Source: Hydrolagus colliei
Taxonomy: Eukaryota
Direction: 5' to 3'
DNA length: 64,000 nucleotides
Assembly: GCA_035084275.1 (NCBI GenBank)
Contig: CM068754.1
Location: 13,206,001 to 13,270,000, forward strand
Positions 37,847 to 50,902 of this stretch are shown one piece after another. Made by a program: the position numbers and the translations under genes. Positions within the stretch are counted from its first letter, which is position 1. Each line of letters opens with the position of its first letter. The notes beneath the pieces were generated by a model, which was not told where the DNA came from, ran no database searches, and worked only from the letters and a program-made list of their open reading frames with translations.

Positions 37847-40170
37847 AAAGAACACAAAGAGGGAAATGTTAATGACAGGATAACACTGTCATAAAATTCA
37901 AAATAGGTTATTTCATGTATTTTTTTCACAGCCTACAGAATGCTAAAAAGAGTATTAAGAACGTTGGAAACATTAGAATTCCTTCCACACACTGTAAAAA
38001 AAAACATCCTGGTAGAGGCTATTTGATAGCCCAGCACAAACAGTCAACTACAATCACCCTGCCTGGATTATACTGCAGTAAAATGTTGCATTGGGAATAC
38101 CTATATACTGTATATTGGAAAGCTGATCAATGGTCTATACATCATGGGGATAGAAATAGTAGGCAGAAAAAAAAACTTCAGTTGAAAGAATAGGATTAAA
38201 GGTTACAAGATAAATATAAGCCCAGGCGATTAAATACTCTGTGGAGTGTGATGTCTCCTATCCTGTTTCAAAAATAGGAATGTTATCTGTGGAAGACAAA
38301 GTTTTAGTTGAAGGTTATTGTTACATCAATATCTTGATGTATCACAGCTGCCTCAAAAAAATAATAGTTTATTTATCTCCAATAGACAATGAGATGAATT
38401 GATGGGGTTTATAGTAAATAGGGAATAATATGCAGCATAAGACAAAAGAGCAAAGATAAAATTGTCTCTGTAAAGCAGCAAATATGTAAATAAACATAAA
38501 TAGTGGTGCATGAGAGAATGGAATCTAAAAATGAAAGAAAAACCCAAAATGGAAAAGATAAGAAAGAAATAGCAAATGGCACTGGAGACTTAAAGATTTT
38601 TTTTTTACATATACTGAAAATGGTGGCTAACATTTAAATGAAGTAATACAGCTATTGTGTTATCAAAGTGACTTTCACAATTCTAGGCAATGATGCATAG
38701 GATACTTCTGCACCAAAAACTTAAATGTCAGAGAGACACTGTGATTTGAAACTTAAGCAAGTGATCAATAAAAAGCTTAAGAGATAAGGTACAGCTATTG
38801 GCTTACATTTTTTTTATTTCAGTTTAAATATTCTGGAATCTACTAAAAACAGCCAAAATAAATGCTAGTCTTTATCTATATCCTGTGTGCTGATGTAAGC
38901 TTTCCAATTGGATTTGCTTTCATAATGCACATTATTTAAACCTGTATCACTAAGCAAATAAATAATCTAACAAGAAACTGCACAGTAAACAAAATTGTTG
39001 TACATACACAGATACCTTTCTACCCCTGGTAAAACTAATAAAAGGTTAAGTAAGAATAGAACAACAACATGCCATGGAGATTAACATAGTGGAGGAGTAA
39101 TTTGTCAGACTAACTGAACATTGTATTTCAATAATGTCGACAGGATCAAACCGCTGTGCAGCTCAGCTAGGAAGAGTTTGGTAGACAGATGTTGCTTCCT
39201 TTGGGATGAAATCTGGCTTTCCCTGTGTGCTTACATGCACAATGATAGAAACATTCAACAAAGAAATATGAGTATCCCAGAGTAACTATTGAAACACAAA
39301 ACCAGGAATTATTAAAAAATATTTGGATCAAAATATTTCCTGAAAATAGGAAATTAAATGCAGCTGAAGAATTATTGATTTTGACCATTCTCCTGATATC
39401 CAACTTTAATCCTAGATTTCTTGCAAATTTCCAATTTTTCAAAAAATTTAAAATAACGTGTTTCCATCACTCTGGTGAGGTAGGGGTGGGGAGAGGCTTG
39501 GGGCGGTGGTTAGAAATCAGTATTTTGTCTGGGCTCTGTTGGTCTTTCAGGTTGGCCAGTATAAATGTATTTAATTCTTGAAATTTAGTGGTATTGATGT
39601 CTTTTAAGTCACACACCGTTCTGAAAGTGAACTCTGCTTGTTGATAGATTTATCACGTGCACTATCTGCTTGTCTGAATTATCCGAACTTTAGACATTGT
39701 ATAGAAAACCCATAATCATTTTCAATGACATTAATGAGTGCTGAAACCCTGTGTGAATGCACGTGAATCGAAGAATTGGACATCATTGACAAAAAGTTGT
39801 TCTCCTTTAATCCAGGTCAGGGAATTATGCCACTTTTTTATTACCAATGTGTTAATTAATAATAATCATGATAATAATAATACATTAATCTTTAGCTTTG
39901 CTTCAGCACATTTCACATTGGGAGGACGCCTTAAAGCACACACTAGGATTTACTTATTAATTGTAATGACTGTTTTCTCCAAGTGTCAAATGCCTACCCC
40001 AGTTATGTTCCCTATTAGGTGGCACATCGTCTAGTTCTTTTATTGTAAATTTGGATAAAATTATTGCATCCAAAACTAAAAGATAGATTTTAAACTTGGC
40101 ATTGTTTTCTATTCTATTCTGCACTTCTGCATTCTCTATTTGTGTAACCAATTTTGATGTTTTCAAACAC

Positions 40171-40236
40171 ACAGTGCCTTGGGACATCCTCTAGACGTGA
40201 AAAGCACTCTATCAATGTAATTATTTTGTTGTTGTT
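40171..40236 (+). mobile_element. Tail-only L2 insertion
   Basis: ACAGTGCCTTGGGACATCCTCTAGACGTGAAAAGCACTCTATCAATGTAATTATTTT(GTT)n. Confidence 0.85.
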
Positions 40237-40852
40237 AATGTTAAGAGTCGAAATCGGTTTTGTATTTTCTATCCTTCATCCTTCAACATGTATCTCTCTT
40301 TTTTTGACACTTCTGGAATGAAACAAGACTTTTCCGAAGAAAAGTCTTAATCTAACCAGTCTAGCAGCTAAATAAATTTGTCGTCTTCAAAGTTTTTCAC
40401 ACCAACCAGTTAGCCACATTGGTCTATGCCATGATTTGCACATGAGCAGAACTCAGCCGAGACAAACTATGAAATATGAATCAGCCGTCCTCTTTTTATT
40501 CACTGTTATAAACTATTTATTTGCTTTAAAAAGTGCACAAAAAAGAACCAAATTCAACAATCTGTGGTATACTTTACTAAAAACAACTTTTGACATTTGA
40601 TTTTATGTAGAAATAACTTTATAGGAATAAATATTCCAGATTTGATGAAAACGTAATGATCTACACAAATGCCAATGTAATCTTCACTGTGTCCTTCTGT
40701 TATTATAATTGCAAAATTAGTCAGTCAAAATAGACCACACGATGAGTAACCTTTTACTTGAGGGTAATTTTAATTATTTTACTGATTTATTCTCCTGCTC
40801 TGATTCGTAAAGATAATGATTGCTGCTGGGTTTCATTTCATTGCATTGGAAG

Positions 40853-40970
40853 CTCATCCAAGTGACCACGCTTCATGAACTTACATTGTGAATTTCAGCA
40901 AGCTATTTCACCTTGAGGGTATCAGAGTCAAACCAATCCTGTTCTTATCTGATGTCCACACACAAGCATG
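40853..40970 (-). mobile_element. AmnSINE2-like 3' fragment
   Basis: Reverse strand GTGTGTGGACATCAGATAAGAACAGGATTGG..AATAGCTTGCTGA..CATGAAG..TGGTCACTTGG; overlaps in homology with the 32630 copy. Confidence 0.6.
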
Positions 40971-41317
40971 AGTATTGCTAAACCTGAATCCACTTATTGG
41001 AATGTCTAACTACAGTATGTACTGCCTCCAGCAATTCCTCTACATCAACCTTCAACTGCCACTTACTTGCCCTTGAAAGAAACAAATATTTAACTTCAAT
41101 TCCTTCTGCTTCTAAGATTGTTTGAAGGTGCCTCTTAGGATGACTTTCTGCATGTTCCACCCTTCAGTTTACAAACTCCACATTTACACTGAGAAATATC
41201 TCATATTCCAATTTTCTAACATTCACCTAATATTTAATAATTCAGCCCCCGTGACAATGTTAGATCCTTTTCTGGACACTCCAGAGCAAGGATAATGTGT
41301 CAGTCTCTGAGTTCTAT

Positions 41318-41435
41318 CATAGTATGCTCACCTTTTGGTTTGAAGGTTCAAGCCCCATGTTGGAGCTTTGAACTTGGAGACCAGACTCTCGCTCTAATGC
41401 AGTGATGGAGGTGTGCTGTATTACCAGAGATACCA
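41318..41435 (+). mobile_element. SacSINE1-like 5' fragment
   Basis: GAAGGTTCAAGCCCCA..CTCTAATGCAGTGATGGAGGTGTGCTG..CAGAGATACC. Confidence 0.55.
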
Positions 41436-41463
41436 GGTGAAAGGATAAAACTGGTTCTGTTTG

Positions 41464-41518
41464 TGGGACGTCCTCCCGACATGAAAGGTGCTCTACAAAT
41501 GTAATTTTGTTGTTGCTG
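41464..41518 (+). mobile_element. Tail-only L2 insertion
   Basis: TGGGACGTCCTCCCGACATGAAAGGTGCTCTACAAATGTAATTTT(GTT)n. Confidence 0.88.
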
Positions 41519-44482
41519 TATCTAATAAGGCTGCCGAGTTGGCTCACAAATGCAGCCATTACCTGAAAATCATTCTGAGAACTTTGTTAAATATACAGTA
41601 TGAAATGGTATTATTCTTCTTATATTTATTATGCTCTAATTCTAGATTTCCCCTGGTGGATGTATCAGGCTGTGGTCATGACTCTTTTCTTCGCACGATG
41701 AATGTTCAATGCCTTAATGAAAGTACATTTGTGCTTTTGATTTCTTTTCTTGTTGCCTGAATTGGTTTTAGTAAAGTCTTAATAGAATCATTTTTCTAAA
41801 AACAAAAGTTGCTATTTCAGTAGGAACTGGTCTAATTTCCATGTTTTGTGTATTGGTATTGCAACCCACTTGAAGTAGGTATCAACATTTGTCATTTTTA
41901 CCCTTCTGATTTTCCTTATCATTTGCTGACATCACTTACAGTATTTTCACAATTGCCCTACCACCCTGAAATAACTGCTTAGGGCCATGCAATACTTCTC
42001 CAGGTTCATCTGATGGTGTTGATAATTTGGAGGAATCAGAATTTCCTCAATCCCCAACCTAGCATTCACTAATGCAGCTCATCACTGGACCATCTGGTAA
42101 CCTTTTTGAGTGAATTATTTGGCAACCAGCAGCTATTATATAAGGCACAGTTATCAAGGCTTTTTTATGGTCTGTTGCGAATAAAATCCAAAGAGATTTA
42201 ACGGTGGACAATTTTTTTTGCTTGATTATCCTAGAGTGAAAGGATGCTAACCTATGAGTGATTTCTTTATTTGACAGATGTCCCTAAATTACTACTGTGT
42301 TGCCAAAGGTGAAATCTCTTGCCTGCCAAGTGCTGTCGGTTTCAATCCCAGGTTAGCTTTGCTTGAGCTAATCTTCTGATGTCTTTCTTTAGAAGCAGAA
42401 GGATTTCAATTTGACTGTGGTTCCTGAGGGTTTTGCAAGAATACCTTTCAACATTTTGGTGCATTAGCAGTCTCACAGTAGTCAAAGATATCAGCATCAT
42501 TTTTTACTCCTAGCACAAAATTCTAAACATTTATTTTATTCAAAATTAGATTTGATACGACCTTTGCACTGGAGGCTTACACTCATAATTTTCAGAAGCT
42601 CGCATATTGTCATGTACTTTATGTACCAGTAAAATTGATTTAAAAAAATTGTATTCATAGCACAAGGATTCTGCGATGTAAATTTAGACAGGATTTAAAC
42701 TTGACATTTTATTTGGAAGGTTTGTATTTCTGTTGAGAACTGACACGCTTTAAACAGACTAAAATGTACATTTATGGTGTGATTTTTAAAAAAAACCAGA
42801 GAACTCTAAGAATACAGTGTTGATTTAAATGTAAATTAACATAAATTCATCTATATTAATTCAGGAAATGAAAAATGTACTGCGAGTTAAATGGGTATCC
42901 ATTATCAAAGATGGAAAAGCAAAATTATTTTTTGTATGATAACTGGTAATTCACAGAATATCTTCAGTCAACAAACAACATTATGAGTAACGCCAATTAT
43001 TTACTGTGATTCCTCTAAGGGTTTGTGGCTTCAAGTAATTTGGACCTTGTATGCATATGTAATTTGTTGTTTTTCTAATGGTCTATCATTAAGAAAACCA
43101 CTGTTGGAATACTGAGCAGAACGTAGCACTGCTGAGGAGTGTTCGGAAAAAGGAGATGAGATTGATTTTGAGATGAAAGACTTCAGTTTCGGGAAAATAC
43201 TTGTGGAGTAGAATATCTTAGACCAATAAGCATTTATGCATGACTTTTTTCCCCAAGAAGGAATATAATTCACAACAGGAATGTTAATTCAGTGGATACT
43301 TCTCATTTCATTTGGGTGCCTTTCCACCAAAGATTGTTAGATGGTGACCAAGAATAAGGTCTTTACTTTTGTGAGTGAGAATGATGTTCAACTGTTACCA
43401 TTCCTAGCCTGAATTATACGCCCTGAATGCTACTCCAGTTCGGATTGGTTAACAATAAAGGAGCATGAATTAACCTAGAAATTAAAATTAACCTCATAAA
43501 TATTGTTGTTAGAATTTGGTTAACTTGTTTACATAAATAACATTAGAACTAGTCCATTCCACACCATAGTATTGAACTCTTCTGTGCTCACACACAATGG
43601 CTGAATTTGTCATTTCTTTCTGTAGTTTTTCAGTTTGTATCTTTTTTGAGAACTCTCTGTCACCTCAAGCTATTCTTTGTTAACATATTCAATTGCAAGT
43701 CATCATATTTTAATCTAGGCCATTCTCTGTCACATACCATCACTATCAGGTCTGCCATCTCCTCTTACCCTCTATATACTCTAGGTGCCTAGATTTGTCT
43801 CAATCATTTAAAACATCACTGAACATCTTTCTTATCTACCAGTAATGTAGCCAAGGAAAATTTTCCAACAAAGACTTGTAGCTGTATGAACAGCTACAAA
43901 ACTCCAACAAACTCAATTCATGAGTTTCAATCCTGTCCACTATTTTACTATTATGATAGATAACATGCAGGTTAATAACTTCTTAGCCTATGGATGGACA
44001 TCTTTCATGCAGAACCACAGATGTACTATTTACCATTGAGTTACAATACTCACAACACATGGACCCAGGGAGTGGCACAGCAACAAGTCAGAAACAGAGT
44101 GGAAAGGTGTAGATTGGTGCTTGTGCTAATGTAAATCTGTTTGTTTGAATACGTTTGCTTAATTGGTGACCAACGTTCCTCTATTTAAGGTTTACTTGCA
44201 TCATCTTGTTGATCTGATCTTGCTGACCAAGTGGTTGATCTACTCCTATTTTGTACCTATACCGTATTAAATAATTGCCTAAAAGCACACAGCCAGATCA
44301 ATGGCAGCCCATTGTCAGAGTTTTTCTCTCTCTTTAGAAGAGGTGACTGATTTCGTATTGGGAGCTTCCCTATGCAACACACCTAAGACTGAAGTGCACC
44401 TGTAATTCTACAAAGGTCATGTTTTCCACTCACATTTTGCTATTACTGTGCTCCTATGAGGGTCACATTTCTACATATACTG

Positions 44483-44768
44483 TAATAATAATCCTTGCAT
44501 TTGATATAGCGCTTTTCACATCTTCTAGATAGAATATACTGTAAGATGAATTGACTGTATTTGTGGGCAAAACACGGCAGCCAATTGCACACAGTTGTAT
44601 CCAACAAACAGTCATGGATTGAGTGACCAAATCATTTATTTGTTTATTTATTGAGGGATTATTATCAGGCATCTGGAGGAAGCAAATTTATCCAAGGTTT
44701 TGCTCTGCCAGGAATCGAACCTACTTGTTTGTGAGGCGAGTGCTCTAACCACCGTGCTATCGGACTCC
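44483..44768 (-). mobile_element. SINE family A, full length
   Basis: Head GGAGTCCGATAGCACGGTGGTTAGAGCACTCGCC..GGTTCGATTCC on the reverse strand; core and tail. Confidence 0.93.
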
Positions 44769-47324
44769 ATTGCACTTGTATGCAACTGATCTCATATTCT
44801 ATTTTGTCATTATTTGATGGATGTGATCTGTACGATGACACATCTTCAATGCAAATTTAGGAAATGTGCTGAAATCTATGTCTCAGATGCGTAACTTCAT
44901 ATGAGCAGAAAATGCATTCCCTTTGATCTAGAATAATGAATAAATTCATCAGAGATGTACAAGCTCTTAAAAACCACCCTTAAGGAACCTCTTGGACATA
45001 ACCTTCATGGGTGAACTAATGACAAAGTACAGAAGAGACAAACGTAACCATCTTGGCAGTTGTGGTTTCCTTTTGTCGGTAATGTTTTAAGGAGAAACAG
45101 TTTTGGGGGCTTTGTAGAGTCTTCAGTCACACACAATGAAATGAAATCAGTAGGATGTCCATGTATATAACAAACTCATCTGTATGTTTTGGTGTATTTT
45201 TTTCTTTGAAAATAATGGATTTTTGTTGCTGATCCATGAGAAGAATCAATGTGGATCATCACAAATTCCACAATACAAACTATATTCTGTCCTTTATGGA
45301 ATGTGTATGTCTTTCCTAAAATGAAATGTAAACTAAATATCATCTCAAAGTATAACCATTATGAATTCAATGCATGAAAGAAACCAATATTTCACATAGT
45401 GACATTTGAATAGATATTAGTTCGGGGATTTGGGAAGCAAGATGATTGTTCCCTATGTGAAGATGTGCAGATATGTTCAGGGGGTTTAAACCTTCTGTTG
45501 AAGTTCATTCAGCTAATGATGCTGCCTTCAGAGACTTGCCATTGTAATGGAAAGAAATCCCTGGCTCATTGTAAAATAAACATTCCAAGTAATTGCTTTA
45601 ACAAAGATATTAAAACTATCTTTGTAGATTACGTTTTGCTTGTCGGTACGTTTTGCAAATCACAAATTCCTGATTGTTATACGTTGTTATAAACCTGACT
45701 TGAGACAGGTGCCTTAATTATCGACCAAAAAAGGCACTGCAGTATTATTACAGTGATTTCATGAGCTCAATTGCAGTTTTAGGATCCTTGTAAAACTTTA
45801 TAACTATGGAAATTTATAACGACAATTAAGGTGCTTCTTAAGTCTCCCAACTTAATACAGGATCATAAAAGTTTCTTGCCACACATACTGCTTGGAAAAT
45901 GTCACAAAGCAGAAGGTTTTAGCTATTTTTAAAAGTGCTGCAGTTTCTCCAGACTTGCCCTGCGGTTCCCAGCAGATAATAATGACAAAGAAACTGCAAA
46001 GAACCATTTGTGTGAAAGAAATGTGTTGTTCTGAAGTGGCAGAACTTATTTGAGAATTGGGCCCTAAAGGGGCTGTTGAATTTTCGAAGAGAACCAACTT
46101 GGCCAGTCTAGCCACTGCTAACTATGCTTGTTAATAAACTGTGTGCCTATGATTGAAGAAGTAACACCCTAAGCAGAACAAAGATAAATATTTTACAAGG
46201 CAAAGGATATGAAAGATCTTGGGAAGTGGCAACGGTAGTGCACATCCATGTTCATTCTTTCCCACGGCGAAATATACAGAGGTTAAATGGGAGATGCAAG
46301 TGGGAAAAAAAGATGAGCAAAGAAGGCTTGTGATTTGACATGAAGATGGTGTGTGTATATATATCAAAAAATCTATTGAGTAAGAGGAGTTGGTGAATAA
46401 TTCATGCATCTATTATATAGCAATAATATGATGTTGCATTGACATTTAATCTATATTAGGCCTTTCATAATGATTTCCCTACAACATATTCTTTTAAATA
46501 TTCCAGCCAAGGAACAATTAAAATAAAAATATACATTATAATGAAACTAGATTTTTTTTAAATAAAAAATCTCATAAACATGTTCAAAGCAGAAAGAAGG
46601 TTGATGACCCATTTAACATACGTATTAACAGACAAAAATGATGTGTTGATATTGTGGCTGAGTTCAGTTAGGGAATCTATTATACAAGCACCAGTACAGC
46701 TTCACACTATGCAGTCAGCAGTTGAATTTTCTTCCTTGACCGATCAGCACATAATGACAGAGTGAATCCTAAAATCTCCTCCTTCAGCTTTGCAGTTACC
46801 ATAGGTGTTTAATAACAACTGCAGACAGAGCAGTCCTGAGCAGCTGCCTATGGGTTATATATATTCCCAAATCCTTAGAGACAGCTTGCATAAATCTCTC
46901 CTCGGTTAGATCAGGAAGGTATTTCAGCATTTTTTTTTAAAGGAGCTTCCGTGTGTACAGAAGTGAAACACATTACTTTAGTGTGGAATTACTAATTATT
47001 TTGCAGAATAATTGAGGGAAATGCATGCATCAAACAGATAGTTAACATCACCCTCTCCAGATGGCAATAATCTCTTAGGGACTATTATACTTGTAACTTC
47101 ATGCTTGGTAATGAAACAATATGAAAATACACAGAAATCTTTTCCTTGCTTATTTGAACAATGCACTTTTCATGTCTGGTTGCTGATTTGTTACTGCACA
47201 ACCCACGTAAACATGACAGTTGTGGTAATTACTTAATTGTTTTTTTGCAACCAAGCCTAGAGTGCATTTTACTGCTAAGACATGGGTTGTCTTTGGAAGA
47301 GATGCACAAAGTACACACTGGGAG

Positions 47325-47835
47325 CTCACAATCTGGGCTGACATGGCAATGCAATAATGAAGTGCTGTGTTGCTGGAGAGCTGACGTACTTCAGATGAAA
47401 TGTTGAGCCAAGTCTTGTCTAGCTGTCTATCTGTGGAGACCTATAGCTCAGTGATTACAGCACTCGCCTTGCAAGTGTGACACCTGGGTTTGATTTCGGG
47501 CAGGGCGAAACCTTGGGAAAATTTCCTTACTCCTGATAATAATCCCTCCATATAATCCAAATAATAATCCCTCATCAAATAACAATTGATCACTTCAATC
47601 CATGGGACAATGCTATGCTGTTCAATCCATGGGAGGCTGCTGCATTTCGCCCACAAATATACAGTCAATTCACTTTACAGAATATTCTGTGGAGCTCTTT
47701 GAGACGTCGAGAAGACATGACAAGCACTTTATCAAAGGATTATTATTATTATCTATTTTGGTGGTTCAAGCATTCATCAATATGGCATTACTTCAAAGAA
47801 GAGCAAGGAGTTTTTCACATGTTATCTAATATTCA
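47325..47835 (+). mobile_element. SacSINE1/DeuSINE-like relic split by a younger SINE A
   Basis: ATCTGGGCTGACA..TTCAGATGAAATGTTGAGCCAA (47325-47433) continues after the insertion as ATGGCATTACTTCAAAGAAGAGCAAGGAGTT (to ~47835). Confidence 0.75.
47435..47751 (+). mobile_element. SINE family A, full length, nested
   Basis: GGAGACCTATAGCTCAGTG head, CCTTGGGAAAATTTCCTTACTCC, core, (ATT)n tail; possible TSD TCTAT. Confidence 0.93.
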
Positions 47836-48387
47836 CTGTATCAATGGGTAGATAGGCAAACTGCTCCTCACATTTTCCCTTGCTGCTCTTTTTATATCTA
47901 GGTGGAGATGCATAAGAACAGATCAACATAACTCACATTTTTTAAACCCATTTCCATTTCTCTGCATTAATGAATGCCTGACCTCAGGTTGGCACTCCAC
48001 TCTGATTAATTGCCTCAGAGTGGGAACACACAACATGGCAAATTCCAGGCATGAACCCACATCCTACAATTTGGTGGCACAGTATGTTAATAAGAAAATC
48101 TGCTGCAACACAAAGTGGTCTTCAAACTGACCCTATTCTTCAGCAGCAAACACAATGGATGTGTGTTTAAATGTGTTCCCTCTGCACAAATATTCTGTTT
48201 CAATAAATAAAATCACATGCACTTAACTAAAGCCATTCATTAAAAATGCAACAATATCAGTGAGAGTGCATTAGAACAATCTACAGTATGAACAAGTTGC
48301 TGCGTAATAGACTGCCTCTCGAAGATGAAAAATAAAAATGAAACTAAAAATTCCACAATGTAGTTCAGTCATTTAATTAAGTCATAC

Positions 48388-48448
48388 AACAACAAAATTA
48401 CATTTATAGAGCGTCTTTCACGTCGAGATGACGTCCCAAGGCGCGAGA
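48388..48448 (-). mobile_element. Tail-only L2 insertion with 9-bp TSD
   Basis: 61 bp between AAGTCATAC copies (48379-48387 and 48449-48457); contains the complete 3' stem-loop. Confidence 0.93.
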
Positions 48449-49110
48449 AAGTCATACTTTCTCAACTCAGCATTTCTCAACTGAATCACTGTGTACCTGT
48501 CTCCCCTTATGCAGTAGACCACAATTAAATTAACACACACAAAAATAATTATTCACAAACCAATAAGCTTTTTATGCCCACTTTTTGGGTGACAATTATT
48601 GCAATATCTGTTTCTGTGTTTTTTTAACCAGATGTCACCAAAACGTGTTCTCACTATTTTTGAGGATTCTTATTTAGATTTAGAATAAATTTTGTACAAA
48701 TGTTTTGAAACTGAACATTACCATTGTAATGATAATGATCACATTTGCCAGCTTTGAAATATGACCTATTTAACCTGGCTTTAAATTATTTTGAAGTAAG
48801 CAACAAATTATTCTGAACCAACAAATTATTTCTTCTATCAGAATGGCAACCTTAGTTTACACGATGTGGTATACTTCTGCCTTGATCTGAGGCTTTTCCA
48901 GCAGTTTTTTAAAATTAAAAATTTTGTTTGATATAATAGAAGGTTAAGAAACTGCTTAAGTATATACTTAGGGCGAAGGGAAAGTGTGATATTGTATACA
49001 GGTTGCAAGAAAAGAGACTGAAAAGTCAATGTTCTTGCATGTACTGAATTAACACACAGAAAAGTTTATGATATCACATTATTCCATTTGTTATATTTTT
49101 ACTAACACTC

Positions 49111-49483
49111 ATAATAATAATCCTTGCATTTGATATTGCACTTTTCACATCTTCCAGATGTCTCAAAGCGCTTCACGGAATATACTGTGAAGTAAATTGA
49201 CTATATATATGTGGGTGAAACACGGCAGCCATTTGCGCACAACAGTGTCATGCGAACAGTCGTGAATTGAAATTACCAATTTAATTATTTTTCTTTGAGG
49301 GATTATTATCTGATGTGTGGAGTAAGGAAACTTGCCCAAGGTTTCACTCTCCCTGGAATTGAACCAAGGTCTCTCACTTATAAGACAAGTACTCTGAGAC
49401 ACCGTCCGGCATGGAGGGTGCTATATAAATTGAAGTTGTTGTTGTTGTTGTACTCACAAGTAACCACTGTGCTATGGGACTCC
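49111..49483 (-). mobile_element. SINE family A, full length, with nested 55-bp insertion in its tRNA head
   Basis: Tail, core and head intact apart from the insertion at 49395-49449. Confidence 0.93.
49395..49449 (+). mobile_element. Tail-only insertion of the second L2-like family
   Basis: TGAGACACCGTCCGGCATGGAGGGTGCTATATAAATTGAA(GTT)n; TSD GTACTC (49389-49394, 49450-49455). Confidence 0.9.
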
Positions 49484-50902
49484 GTAGAAAAAGTGCTATC
49501 AAAAACCTTGACACTTTAAGATTAATATAATAGTTCAGATCAAGCATCTGATCTAATCTCATTAAGGATCAGATTGTCCAGCAACTGCTCTCGGTGTATA
49601 TGGTGGTGTTTGTTCAATAATTTATCTGCTGTAGTAAAAAACAAGTACAGTATTAAAAAAAATAGTTGCTGTCTTTTTTAAAATAATGTCTGACATTACA
49701 TTTTCTGAAAAGTATACTCAGACAATTCATTCAAATATTAAATGTAGAAGTAAAGTGAATACGAGATTGGATTCCTTCAACTGTTACTTCACAAATTGCT
49801 TAAGTCAGTGGAAAGAGTTATATATGGATTGCAAGGAAAGAGACTGAAAAGTCATCGTACTTAGATAAGTGATGAGACTGGACTAAGTTTTTATAAAGAT
49901 GTTTTTGTCTTGAAAGTGAAGCTTTCCATTTCTAAGACTGTCAGAGCAATCACATCTCACTGCCACAAAACCAGAGTATTCTTACTCCGCCAATGTTATA
50001 TCTCATCTGATGAGTGAGAGCTGAGGGCAGTGAATGTCTTCAGTTCAGTCATGGAGACTGTAGCTGACAGGTCATTGAGCAACAGAGCCTTAAAGTGATA
50101 TGTACCTTTGTAATTGGGAAAAGTGACCATTTCAAACCTGTATTCTTTTACTTGGTTTCAAAGGCAGGACGGTCTCAATGTCGTATTTTATGTCTCCATC
50201 CTTCACTCAGGGAAAATAATGCACTCTGCTCCCGAAATGTTCTTTTCTGAAGTTTCATCCTCTTCTTAACCACTGGAAAACTTTCATAGCCATTTGCAAT
50301 TATCCTGCCAAGATAGGTAGACTATTTGACCAAAGCTTAGCTCAGCCCAGCTAATCCTATCCTTGTTCAGTAATGATACACTAGTGTTTTTTAGCTATGG
50401 CTATTAGATAGTAGGACAGGAATTCTTACGTAATGAGTATCATCTGATTCTCTTTCCGAAGATTTCACTTTTGCTGGGTTGATAATAATATTGTAGTTCA
50501 ACAGCTCGTGTGGATCTTTTGTTCCTGAAATTTCAATCTCCAATCACATCTATGAAGCATTTTAATGTAAGGTGTTGCTTTCTTTGTGGCAAACCTCTGC
50601 TATAATGTAATTGCCCTTGATTCTGGTAACGTTATTTTCAAATGCATATTCTGAATCCTGTGCTCGCTTGAGCAAATATTTTAACAGGAAAAATATTGAT
50701 TCATTTAAACTGTCTAATTGATTACAAAATGCTCTCTTACCTGAACAATTGCTTTTCAAAATTTCCATTGTTGTAAATTTAATTTGGAAATTCCACAGAT
50801 ACTTTAGAAATAAAACAACTGACCACAATTTGATGTGGATTCAATTGTAGTAACTGATCTTAGATAAAGAAATAAATTAGATTTGCCACCGAGAACCACT
50901 GA

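Noticed and set aside
43876-43899. 10-bp hairpin containing the miR-9 3' end TAGCTGTATGA
   Set aside because: No miR-9 seed and too short for a precursor; compatible with chance.
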